The notes below the pieces were generated by a model. That model did not search any database. It was not told the DNA's origin and saw only the letters and a list, made by a program, of their open reading frames with translations. A stretch of DNA of 64,000 nucleotides from a virus (taxonomy: Duplodnaviria > Caudoviricetes), in IMG/VR virus record IMGVR_UViG_3300049988_000245, positions 201,896 through 265,895 of that record, one strand, 5' to 3'. Below are positions 44,801 to 54,400 of this stretch, in pieces. A program made the translations under genes and the position numbers. Position 1 is the first letter of the stretch. Every line of letters begins with the position of its first letter.

Positions 44801-47800
44801 CGGCCGCACTACCTATTCTCTGGCCGAAGTTGTGCGCGTCTACACGCCAGTCTTCCTGCGCTACGCTCAATTGAACGGGATCGATTACCGTTCGCACAAG
44901 GACTACGTTGGCACTGATCCGTTTACGTTCAACTACCGGGACGAGAAGGATCGCGACGGAACCAAGATGCCGGGCAACTGGCGTGCAATCTACCGCTACT
45001 ATTACGACACCGATCGTCCTCATGCCTGCCCTTGGGAGATGCTTGGGTTTGGCCAGAAGCCGGTTTGGTGGGATGTGGAGTACGGTGTTGCCCCCTACAC
45101 GAGCGGCAACGTCGCGATGTGGGAAGACCTCCGCGATGGGCGTATCCGCCAGGGCGTCCGCGCGGGCATCGACCCGCTATTCGTCCGCCCCGATCTGTTC
45201 GACGTCCTTCCGGTGACCGAGGATGGTCGCCTGCGTGATCCGTTGCAGATCGGTATCTTCGCCCAGGCCCCGTCCCCGGAGCTTGCCGCGCGTGATTGGC
45301 TCGTCGGTGATGGCGGCCCCGGTGAGCAGTTTTGGATGAACTCTGCGAGCTACCCGTTCGCGAAGTCTCAGATCGGCTACCTCCTACGCCCGGCCGAGTG
45401 GATCGAGGTAAATTGGGATTCGGAGTACTTCCGCTTCCTCGAAGATGGGCAGGCCATCAATACGCGTTCACACAACCGCACTCGTGCGGCCGAGAACGTC
45501 GTTCACGGCGAGACCATCGACGCCCGCGCGGGAACGCGCTTTGCCATCCTCGGCGTGCAGCAGTGGGTCTCCGACCTTATGGCGTCGCGCGCGCAGTCAC
45601 CGTCCCTGCTGGGTTCGGCCCTGCGTCGCATGCGCGTCCAGATGATGCACAAGATGGCTGGATTCACCAAGGCGGATAACCTGCGCGTGTTTGCGGACAA
45701 CTTCGGGATCATCCCGGAGGAGGACGTGAGCGTGATCCTGCATAATTCTCCGCCAATCCGCGAATCCGTCTACTCCGGTGTGATCATCGAATGGACCGGT
45801 GACGGCTATCAGGTGATCGGCTACGACACGGTCAAGGAAGGCTTCTGCATCAATAAGGGCGACGAGACCTCGAAGCCCATCACGATCTCCCTTGGCGATG
45901 AGCCACAGGTTTACGAGTGGCATTCGGGAATCTACTATGCGCTCAACACGCTGGTGGATTATCGCGGCTCGACCTACCGGGCGATTCTCGCGCATACCGC
46001 CTCGGCCGTGTTCGACGAGGAGTTCTGGACCCCCGAGCCGATCCGCCGGACCCGTTTTCCCAAGGTAACGGTATTCTCGCGCGGCGAAGGCACACTCACG
46101 TACGTACCCTACTCGACCGTGTTTAAGACCTTGCAGGACGTGGCCTCGTTCCTGTGGGACTATGGTCGCGCGCTCGAAGACGACGGATTCGTGTTCGACT
46201 ACATCGATCCGAAGACCGGCGATGTGGTCAATTGGGAACAGGCGATTCGCGAATTCCTGGCGTGGGCACAGACCGATTGGCAACCCGGAAACTTCATCGC
46301 ACTCTCACCGGGTGCGAGCCAGTTGAAGTACATCACCAAGCACGGTGTGGTGTACAATGTCGAAGAGACCTCCAACGGCATCTATGGGCTGCTGAACCGC
46401 ACAGGTACGCCGCTCCCGACCCGTCAGACCTTCGTTTCGCGTCTCGACGAAGAGACCAAGGTGATCACGATCTCGAACGATCTGTTCTGTGCGCGTCTGC
46501 GCGTGGGTGAGATCGAGCACATCGTGTTGTTCTCGAACAAGACTATCTTTGGCGATGTCATCTATGCGCCGCTTCTGAATCTGCGTCAGTCTCGCCTGCG
46601 CCTCCTGGGTATGCGGACGAAGAATTGGACCGGTCGTCTCGATGCGCCCGGCTACATGGTCGAAGGAAACACGACGCAGCCGAACTTCTGGCGCGCGGCC
46701 GAAAACCTTCGAACGATGTTCGACGTGGAAGGCTCGGAGGATCGTGACCTTCGTGACTTCTCCCGCCACCTCCTGGGATACCAGAAGCGCCCGTATCTGG
46801 ACAACCTGCTGGTCTCCGAGACTGAGCAGTTCGAGTTCTACCAGGGCATGATCAAGCAGAAGGGCACGCCCGGTTCGTTTGAGAAGCTGACCCGTTCGCA
46901 GTTGATCGACCGTCAGTCGGACCTCGCATTCCTTGAGGAATGGGGATTCAACGTCGGTCGCTTCGGTGCGGTAGACAAGAGCCGCCGCGTATCGTTCATG
47001 CTCACCAGAACGGATATGCGCTCGAATCCACAGTTGATCGAGTTCGGTCGTGACAACCAGTTCGACGCGATCGTTGGTCTCCCCGATGATTCGTCCCGTT
47101 GGGTGGAGAAGCCCGCAAACGTAAATCAGGTGTTCCCAGAGCGTCAGCTTATCGTTGACGTGTCCGGTTCGGGCTCGCCCATCACCCGTCCGTACGCGCG
47201 CGATCTCCACACGTCCGGTCCCGTGCGGATCAGCGAAATCACCCACACGATTGCGAACCCGGCACTCGCCGACAAGCTGTTCACCGATGTGACCGCGCGA
47301 GGCGACGAATTCTCTCCGAACGATCGCATCTGGGTGTATGAACTCGGGTTGTCCGAGCGTCGCTGGAGTGTTTTCCGGTTCGATCTCGTGGGCAAGAACG
47401 AGGCAACCCCGCTGGTGGCCGTCGAGGCAATGGACGCGGGTGACGACAACACGCCGTTCTCCGGCCTGACCCGTTTGACCTTCCTCCAGTTCCACGGCCT
47501 CGACGAGGGCGATATCGGAAGCCTACTCCTGATTCCAAACTCCATCAGTGGAGATTCGGATGTGGAAGGATTCCATCAGATCATCGCGATCGAAGACGCC
47601 TACTCGATTGTCATCCCGTATGCGATTGATCCGAATTACAACTACAAGCAGCCATTCTGCATGGTTCTGCGCTCAGTTCGATTCCGCACGATTGCGGATC
47701 GGAATCTGTTCGATACCAAGTACGGTTTCGTCGCGGGCGAACTCGCCTACGTCGATCATGTGCCGGGCTTCGCCGGTTGGGTGGTGTTCCGCTACGACGG

Positions 47801-50800
47801 TTCGGCATTCAACCTGTACCGGCAGCAGCCCCCGCGCATCGACTCCGATCGCCTGCGCAACACCCTGATCTATGACCTCAACACGAAGGTCACCGATGCG
47901 TCCCTTCAGGCGCAGCCGCTGAGCTATGACGAATTCACCGTCGTTGATCCAATCTCCGGTAACGTCTCGGGTGAGGCTGAGCGGGAAATCACCTTCCGGG
48001 TGGATTACGACCCGGCACAGTACATCGAGCTTTCTGAACAGTGGGGCGCATCGCACGTCGGTGAACTCTGGTGGGACACGCTGACCTCCATCTTCCTCGA
48101 TACCAGCACGGATATCGTGACGACCACGGATGATCCGCGTCGCCTTGAGCGCGAGATGACCTACCGCTCGCAGAATTGGGGCAAGGTCGCTCCGGGTTGC
48201 TCCGTCGATGTCTACGAGTGGACCCGTTCGTTCGACCCGCCCACGGCCGAGCAACTGGTTCGTAACCGCACGACTGATTTCACGTTTTTCAACGAGTTCG
48301 ATCCGGCTCTGAACAAGATCGTCGTGGCCTACTACTTCTGGGTCCGTAATCCCACGGTGACCCCGAACGTGAAGGGTCGTTCGCTCTCGGCCGCCCAGGT
48401 GGCCAAGATGATCGAGGACCCGCGCGCGGCGGATGTCGCCTGGATCGCCCCGATCGCCCCCAACGCGATGCTCCTTTGCAACGCGGAGGAATTCCTCAAC
48501 GACACCGGCACGGTAGTGCAGTTCGAACTCACTGATGACGCCTATGATGGCGTTAACCATGAGCAGTTCGCGCTCGTCCGCAAGGGCGACCCGGATAGCC
48601 TGCCGCCGAAGCCGCTCCTCACGACGCTGCGCAACTCCATCACGGAGTTCGACGACTTCATTCGTCCGGTGCCGGAAGGTGGCCTCGGTGCGTTCGGTTC
48701 GGTTGGGGCAACCCGTCGTTCGCGTCGCACGATGATCGCCAATGGTCGCTCGGGTGTGCTCGCTGCGCGCCAGTCGTTCATCACCAAGCTGAATGAAATT
48801 CTTGGGCGTTCTCCGCTGCTCGTGGATCAGCCGTCCGCGCTGGAAGAGCTTACCCTGGAATCCCCCGTGTACGAGAAGCTGATCTGGAATCAGCCGCCCG
48901 GCACGGATTGGATCGACGTGCCGCCGCGCGGCTCGTATGACTTCGTCGTCAACGGCCTCGAAGAGCGCCGCGTCCTCCTTACGACGGCGGAATACCTTGC
49001 CGCGTGCGGATTCTCCGGATGGGATACGTTCAAGTACGACACCACCGGCTGGGATTACGACTTCGGCGTGACCGTGGCGGACCTCGCCAAGAACCGCCTG
49101 CCGCGCGTGCTCATGACCAATTACACGGCCGAGCAGCCCGGTTGGAGCATCTGGGAGGGCAAGGTCTCGGTTCGCGGCCCAACCCCGCAGACGGTTATCA
49201 CGATCACCGATACGCCGCTGTCCAACATCGGTCCGATTGCCCGCGACGACGCGTTCTCGGTCACCTCGGGCCAGTCGTGGACCCTAACGGCTGCGTCGCT
49301 GTCGAACAACGATACCGATCAAGACAACGACATCCTCACGGTGGTCAGCGTTGGACCGGCCCCAGAAGGCTCAGGCGTGGTCACTCAGGTGGCGCCCGGC
49401 ACGTGGCTGTACCAGAGCGCCCCCGATGTGATCGGACGCGTCCTGATCCCCTACGTGGTCGCTGACGGCAAGGGTGGCGTGGCAAGCGCATACGCGATCT
49501 TCACCCTGACTCCGCCGGAGGTGATCAAGGCGGTCCAAGACACCTACTCAGCCGAAGTGAACACTCCTCTGGTGATTCGCGTTTCCGACCTGCTTGCGAA
49601 CGATATCGGTGATGACATCGTAGTGGTGTCGGTGACCCAGCCGTTGAACGGTGGATTCGTGACGTTCGAGAACAGTGCGGTTGTCTACAATCCTCCGGTC
49701 AATTCGCCGGAAACGGATGACCTATTCACCTACACGATTCGGTCCGCCTCCGGCCGTCTCTCGAACACCACGGTTCTCGTCACCTTGGCGGCGTCTCGGA
49801 TCGCTGCGGCAGATGACTACACCGCGACCAACTACGGCGCGACCCTCACGATTCCCTACACGACCATCCTCGCCAACGATTCCGGCGAAGGTATCGTGGT
49901 GGATTCGATCGGGGTGCCCCTGTATGGCGCCGCCGTCATGCGCGATGATGGAATTCGCTATACCGCTCCGGCGGTGAAGACTACGGGTGATCGAATCAAC
50001 CCGGTAGCCGATGCGATCCCCTACACGATTCGTGACAAGTTCAACCAGACGACCTCCGCCAAGGTGGTGATCAGCTTTATCAGGCCGCGCATCGAAGCGT
50101 TCAAGGATGAGACCTCGGTCAATTATGGGGCCAAGACCAATGTGGGGTTCTCCACAATCCTGTCGAACGACGTGGGCCAAAACATCATCGTAACCGGTAT
50201 CTCGAAGGCTCCCGCGTATGGGACAGCCCGGATGACACCGGTCGGCATCGAGTATATCGCTCCGGCGTACTCGATCAAGGATGGGTTTACACCTGTAAGT
50301 GACGTGCTCAAGTATACAATCGTCGATCCTTTCGGTCAGACTTCTGAGGCTGAGATTCGTTTCAACTTCACTTCGCCCCCACGGATCAATGCGGCTGACG
50401 ACGAGTACACGATCAATTACGGTGCCTCGCTCAACCTCCCCGCAAATTCCGTCATGGCAAACGACGCAGGGCGCGACATCCGTATCACCGCGATCGGTCA
50501 AGCCCGCTATGGCGTGGCTACGCTGACGGATACGGGAATCTCATACGTGGCTCCAGCATTCAGTCCAGCCGGTAATCCCCCAAGCGACACCTTCACCTAT
50601 TCGATCGCCGACACGTTCGGTCAGACCGCTCAGGCGTCAATTGTCGTGAACTTCCTGCGCCCGGCTGGTATCAAGGCAAACGACGACTACTTCAGCGTAG
50701 TTCGCAAAAGTCGAAGTGTTATTCAAGCAAACGATGACGTTCTCATCCTCGGAAACGTAGTTGGGCAGGGTCGTCGTGGCACGAAGGTGGTTCACGGCAG

Positions 50801-51326
50801 CGATACAGCTTCCAGTGTAATTAGCGGGAACACGCTAACGGTGCTCGGTGTAACTTGTGAGTTTAATCCAGAGTCTAACCTTAGTTCTGCACTGAGTGCG
50901 TTTAATAGTAGCTTTGATGCGATTCAGGAAGGTCTATTCATGCTGATCACTAACGATCAGGACTTGGAGATTTTTGATCCGTCGCTTCCTGGCTCTGTTA
51001 GCCTTGTGATTCGAGCCCCGGTTCCGCCTACTGGATCATTGCCTGCGGACCTATTCGGAGCTACCGTGACCACAACGGAAACTTCTTTGCCAAGCTCAGT
51101 CGAGTTTACGTATGATCAGTTAATGGAGAACGATACGCATACATTGCCAATCGAAGTAATCTCGGTAGGTGTCGAGGGCTTGCGAATGTTCCCCTTGCCT
51201 AACGGGCGTGGTTACCGCTATGTTGGACTTGGATATCAAGAGGCGTTTACCTTCCCGTATACGATTCGCGATACGTCCGGAGCAACATCTACGGCGAACG
51301 TTACGATCTATCCCGGTCTAGGTTAA
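41835..51326 (+). CDS. Giant baseplate/virion protein (3163 aa) with carbohydrate-binding-like modules and C-terminal cadherin/Ig-like repeats
   Basis: Uninterrupted ORF; PPVDLDKLGNYRQYYW N-terminus; two W-x4-Y...YRC/AxxAHT modules; six AxDD-type Ig repeats. Confidence 0.9.
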   Translation: MDKRRFIQQLPEVHNTETLKKFFGATVDQIFQPGSSEQLSGYIGSKPAYFDSEKDFYLTEPTAIRAAYQFDPAMVSQAENGDVTNILTYDDFMAYLRAENAITVDHDRMFGDTSYGWVPPVDLDKLGNYRQYYWFGDQPNLLPPVVLSVSNTTYTADGQTHIFEMPSAIDGVSADRETPAVFVDGLPVEMQVVGQSVALVETPGAGASICVFRYADLTAVLDGQVNIDPRLFNPALPMDRLTSNMRLRLEDGIAFFQGFGRMPYETVFIKIPRLCQERFQVPWDEYTRPSDFFVEGVGSRIVVAPYPARMTYKEHDATYTVINRRDIARSPWVVNNFWVHESAFRWAEKSFPSRRAKRPIVEFLPNLELMNYGLRPLETITGTLTGDPMYVPILLDKVDATKGISDWDVYPFDTETYESSGIRPIPLIQTNGKLVGQLFVDGGKMLNFGDRILVIQNSYPELSGSILRVRLGTQPITVTLPDGTTQTQTQSVLVLVPEKAAIPGDTVRLERGRLVPWDKAAGTENWFISHNGSDRLPWEFLSEAVEYHFDGTEGGDGSLWRESQAPHADRREPQFALYTDEKVRLDRLPNGSFLGNRLFGYTPANEETGRLDAALGQYVIYDSKDAIQFRFDQATERYTANGQPVVGFQYYRVYGQNGQPDTYSNSWHVTGERSHQTLTNGLFSTPQNLVANPNNEEVSTVSRRDWLENFANVFIRQEGFTGSPYNINNWRDSAQTPGLGFNGPVWQMGHDYAVGDTCKHLNKVYRCTQAHTSSISFDVRYWAIRPTHQIVQNKSPLLRTMLLASDKRFDYLDAVRYLDAEYARFRNKFRAQTIEVRRTGQLTDANDHDVWVETILNNLKFTKTNDFPFSLSSMAGGQYFIPPTAAQMGLLNTYEPTYEYDDTYTPAALFLRGHDGSRTPVVGSFEDDILLALERRIWVNIVPQFKSEAKRPFDFFGLIDGRNRGDGNGDETSAGDPNPCDNDPNPIETGRTTYSLAEVVRVYTPVFLRYAQLNGIDYRSHKDYVGTDPFTFNYRDEKDRDGTKMPGNWRAIYRYYYDTDRPHACPWEMLGFGQKPVWWDVEYGVAPYTSGNVAMWEDLRDGRIRQGVRAGIDPLFVRPDLFDVLPVTEDGRLRDPLQIGIFAQAPSPELAARDWLVGDGGPGEQFWMNSASYPFAKSQIGYLLRPAEWIEVNWDSEYFRFLEDGQAINTRSHNRTRAAENVVHGETIDARAGTRFAILGVQQWVSDLMASRAQSPSLLGSALRRMRVQMMHKMAGFTKADNLRVFADNFGIIPEEDVSVILHNSPPIRESVYSGVIIEWTGDGYQVIGYDTVKEGFCINKGDETSKPITISLGDEPQVYEWHSGIYYALNTLVDYRGSTYRAILAHTASAVFDEEFWTPEPIRRTRFPKVTVFSRGEGTLTYVPYSTVFKTLQDVASFLWDYGRALEDDGFVFDYIDPKTGDVVNWEQAIREFLAWAQTDWQPGNFIALSPGASQLKYITKHGVVYNVEETSNGIYGLLNRTGTPLPTRQTFVSRLDEETKVITISNDLFCARLRVGEIEHIVLFSNKTIFGDVIYAPLLNLRQSRLRLLGMRTKNWTGRLDAPGYMVEGNTTQPNFWRAAENLRTMFDVEGSEDRDLRDFSRHLLGYQKRPYLDNLLVSETEQFEFYQGMIKQKGTPGSFEKLTRSQLIDRQSDLAFLEEWGFNVGRFGAVDKSRRVSFMLTRTDMRSNPQLIEFGRDNQFDAIVGLPDDSSRWVEKPANVNQVFPERQLIVDVSGSGSPITRPYARDLHTSGPVRISEITHTIANPALADKLFTDVTARGDEFSPNDRIWVYELGLSERRWSVFRFDLVGKNEATPLVAVEAMDAGDDNTPFSGLTRLTFLQFHGLDEGDIGSLLLIPNSISGDSDVEGFHQIIAIEDAYSIVIPYAIDPNYNYKQPFCMVLRSVRFRTIADRNLFDTKYGFVAGELAYVDHVPGFAGWVVFRYDGSAFNLYRQQPPRIDSDRLRNTLIYDLNTKVTDASLQAQPLSYDEFTVVDPISGNVSGEAEREITFRVDYDPAQYIELSEQWGASHVGELWWDTLTSIFLDTSTDIVTTTDDPRRLEREMTYRSQNWGKVAPGCSVDVYEWTRSFDPPTAEQLVRNRTTDFTFFNEFDPALNKIVVAYYFWVRNPTVTPNVKGRSLSAAQVAKMIEDPRAADVAWIAPIAPNAMLLCNAEEFLNDTGTVVQFELTDDAYDGVNHEQFALVRKGDPDSLPPKPLLTTLRNSITEFDDFIRPVPEGGLGAFGSVGATRRSRRTMIANGRSGVLAARQSFITKLNEILGRSPLLVDQPSALEELTLESPVYEKLIWNQPPGTDWIDVPPRGSYDFVVNGLEERRVLLTTAEYLAACGFSGWDTFKYDTTGWDYDFGVTVADLAKNRLPRVLMTNYTAEQPGWSIWEGKVSVRGPTPQTVITITDTPLSNIGPIARDDAFSVTSGQSWTLTAASLSNNDTDQDNDILTVVSVGPAPEGSGVVTQVAPGTWLYQSAPDVIGRVLIPYVVADGKGGVASAYAIFTLTPPEVIKAVQDTYSAEVNTPLVIRVSDLLANDIGDDIVVVSVTQPLNGGFVTFENSAVVYNPPVNSPETDDLFTYTIRSASGRLSNTTVLVTLAASRIAAADDYTATNYGATLTIPYTTILANDSGEGIVVDSIGVPLYGAAVMRDDGIRYTAPAVKTTGDRINPVADAIPYTIRDKFNQTTSAKVVISFIRPRIEAFKDETSVNYGAKTNVGFSTILSNDVGQNIIVTGISKAPAYGTARMTPVGIEYIAPAYSIKDGFTPVSDVLKYTIVDPFGQTSEAEIRFNFTSPPRINAADDEYTINYGASLNLPANSVMANDAGRDIRITAIGQARYGVATLTDTGISYVAPAFSPAGNPPSDTFTYSIADTFGQTAQASIVVNFLRPAGIKANDDYFSVVRKSRSVIQANDDVLILGNVVGQGRRGTKVVHGSDTASSVISGNTLTVLGVTCEFNPESNLSSALSAFNSSFDAIQEGLFMLITNDQDLEIFDPSLPGSVSLVIRAPVPPTGSLPADLFGATVTTTETSLPSSVEFTYDQLMENDTHTLPIEVISVGVEGLRMFPLPNGRGYRYVGLGYQEAFTFPYTIRDTSGATSTANVTIYPGLG
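49230..51323 (+). repeat. Six tandem cadherin/Big-like coding repeats
   Basis: PIARDD, IKAVQD, IAAADD, IEAFKD, INAADD, IKANDD, each followed by LxND...YTI/V. Confidence 0.85.
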
Positions 51327-51331
51327 AAGAA

Positions 51332-51357
51332 AACTGGTGGGTTTGGCCCCACCAGTT
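51332..51357. terminator. Intergenic hairpin
   Basis: AACTGGTGGG-TTTGGC-CCCACCAGTT; the A-run lies on the left, so the U-tract is better on minus. Confidence 0.6.
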
Positions 51358-51440
51358 ATATGATTCCGCAGTCAATCATAGTATTTTAGATGGGCTTAAA
51401 TCCCATCATAAATACTATGATTACTGTTTCGGAGTTATAA

Positions 51441-54400
51441 ATGGCTACGTACGACCCGTCGAATGCTGTGGTTCAGGCTGTGGCGCTCAATGGAAATAAT
51501 ATTTCATTGACGGCGACCTCCGTGTCTGCGGCAACGCAGTCCGTCAAAAACACCACGGCGAACGTGATTCTACCTTATACGACCACGGTGGTGTCGGACG
51601 AGGAGTTGCGAATCTCCCAGCAGTATGACGTAGAGGTTCCGGATCGGGCGTCTCTTATCCTCAAAGCAGCGGATAAAACCTACAATATTGGTCAGCGTAT
51701 TCTTGTTCGAAACGATGAGCGCCTGAATGGTTTCTGGTCTATTTGGGTCTACGCGCCCGATGCCGAGACGGCGGATTCAAACGGCCTCGTGTTTGAGGAT
51801 GTGCAGACCTTTCGGACCTCGGACTTCTTCGACGTAGTTGATTGGTATGCGGAAGGTTACAGCGCGGCCCAGCCGCCAGCATTGTCTTATCAGACCGTAG
51901 AATCTCGAAATCTTAGTGAAGGACCAAACCCGGTTAACACGTGGGTGCAAGTCAACGACGACGCTGGTGCCTGGGCTTGGTATGCGTTTGAGAACGGCGC
52001 TTGGATTCTTGTCGCGCGCGAAAAAAGTACAATTCAGTTCAAGAAAGATTTCTATGATCCAGACCGCGTTGTATACGGGGTCGAAACACGTGATGTCTCA
52101 ACGATTAACAACCGAGACGGCTCTTGGGAGCTTCGTGCACTATTCAATGCACTAAAGACGACCGTGCTGAGTACGTCGCAGATCAACGAGTTGTTCTTCT
52201 CGATGCTGCACTTCATCCACTCGCAGCAGGATCAGGTCGATTGGGCGTTCAAGACCAGCTTCCTGTCGGTGATCGGCTACAACGAACACCTCGCACAGAC
52301 GCCGATCCAGGCTTACGACACGACTCAGAACCTGCTCGACTACATCGACGAGGTCAAGCCGTACCGGGTGAAGACGCGTGACTTCAAGCGCATTCTGACG
52401 CCTCCAACGGATCAGCTAAATGCCCACGCTACGGACTTCGATCGCCCGCAGTACCTTGATCCAGCAACGAACGCATATCGTCGTCTTTCTTTCCTAAATC
52501 AAGACCTGCCGCTAGTACGAAGCACCTCTCCGTGGAAGGACTGGTTTGCCAACTATACAAAGACGGATCACGACAACCCGGCCTCGACCAATTTCAACCC
52601 GGTTCGAAATTTCCGGATTAAGATTCTTTTCGATCGTATCGACCCTGAGTCGATCCCGTTCAATTCAGGCGGCGGCTGGGATATCCCGCCGTGGGATGTG
52701 CTCGGCTGGGATGGCGACGAAAGCAATTTTGAGACTGGCGGTGGTGCCCAGGCACGTATTCTGGCCTATTATGAGCCAACCCTCGGGATGATCGGGAAAG
52801 AGCCCGAGGAACTTATGGCGGGCATGGGATTCCGTGGCGTGTCCACGGATGGTCTAGACCTACTTGTATATCCGGACGATGCTAGTGAATGGGATGTTCG
52901 CCCGTACGATACGGTCGGCACGGACCTTCGAATTACAAAGGATAAGGACAATACAATCGACGGCTACCAAGGCTCTAAAATCGAAGTCACGATGAATGAT
53001 GACTCCGAATATTATGGCCTGCGCGATCCTTATCACGAGAAGGGTCATCCGGAAGAATTAATCCCCGTCCAAGGAAACGAGGCAGTCACCTTAGTCGTCC
53101 ACACGGAATGGTCTATTGGTGCACCCAACCACTTTGTCACCCATCTTGCGACGAAGAAGGTTCGCCGCAACACTGTTCGGATTCCATTCCATGGAATTGC
53201 CTCTACTGCCTCGGCCGTGATGGTTTTCATCGACGGGCGCTGCGGAGTCGAAGGCCCGGACTACTCGGTAAATCTCTCCGATGGGTACGTGGATGTGGTT
53301 CTCCCTCGTCAGCGTCCAGAATACGTCATGGTGCACGCGTTTGGCGCGGGCGGTAACGCTCGGATCATCGAGCAGGTTTTTACCCAGGCGGACGGTTTGA
53401 CGGGGACGTACGAACTCGCCAGAGACCCCGTAGGATCGGTAGAATTGACCCTGGACGGCAAAGTCCTCGATCGCGGGCAGTTCGACGTGTCCGGGCGTGC
53501 CGTGACGCTCCACGAGCTTCCTGCGAAGGGCGTGCCTGTTCTGATTCTTTCGTTCGACGCACCGGTCGGTCAAACCCCGGCAACCCATGTCATCCATGAG
53601 GTGCTGGCATACGATCCGGGCCAGTCCTGGGCTCTTGCCCATCTTACCCAAGTGGGCAGTCCAGTCGATCACATGGGAACGATCGTCAATGTGGACGGAT
53701 ACCGACTGGCGCCACCGATCACCAGCCAAAATATCATCGTATCTCAGCGTCAGTTCGTAAGTTTCCACCTGATAAGCGACGTGCAGAATCTTTCAATTTG
53801 GCTTGACGGTGTTCCGTATAATCAGACGATCACCACGATCGATCGTTCAGTTCTTGATCCACAGGATACCACACTTCCTGTCGGTATCTATGTGGTGGAC
53901 GACGAATTGTTCGTAAACGATCCGGATGCGGTGGGAAAGATTATGCTTTCCGTACTGTTTGAGAATCATGACTACGAGATCGTCAATAGCATTTTGCAGA
54001 TCACAAAGCCGCTTAAATCAACGGCAAGGATCGTGACAACATCTTTCCAGAATGCCGAGTATATGGGTGTTGAGACGTACGTTTTCTCGGGTAACGGTCG
54101 AGGAATCTACAGGGTACCCGTCCACCTCGAATCACCCGATATGTGCTTGATCTCCGTCAACGGAACCTACCTGATCGAAGGTGTACATTTTAGCATCGAT
54201 CGTTACCGCGATATCGGCTGGGATATTCCTGACTTCGACAATCTTGAGTGGGGAGGCAACAAGGAGGCGTTCTTCAACATCTCCGCACTCACCATTCCGG
54301 GCGGCCAACAGCCGGGAGATAAGATTGTCGCCGTCGTGTTCAGGGGTCGTCCGGCGGATCAACCCGCGACTTGGGCGATGGTCTCGGCCAAACCGAGCCT

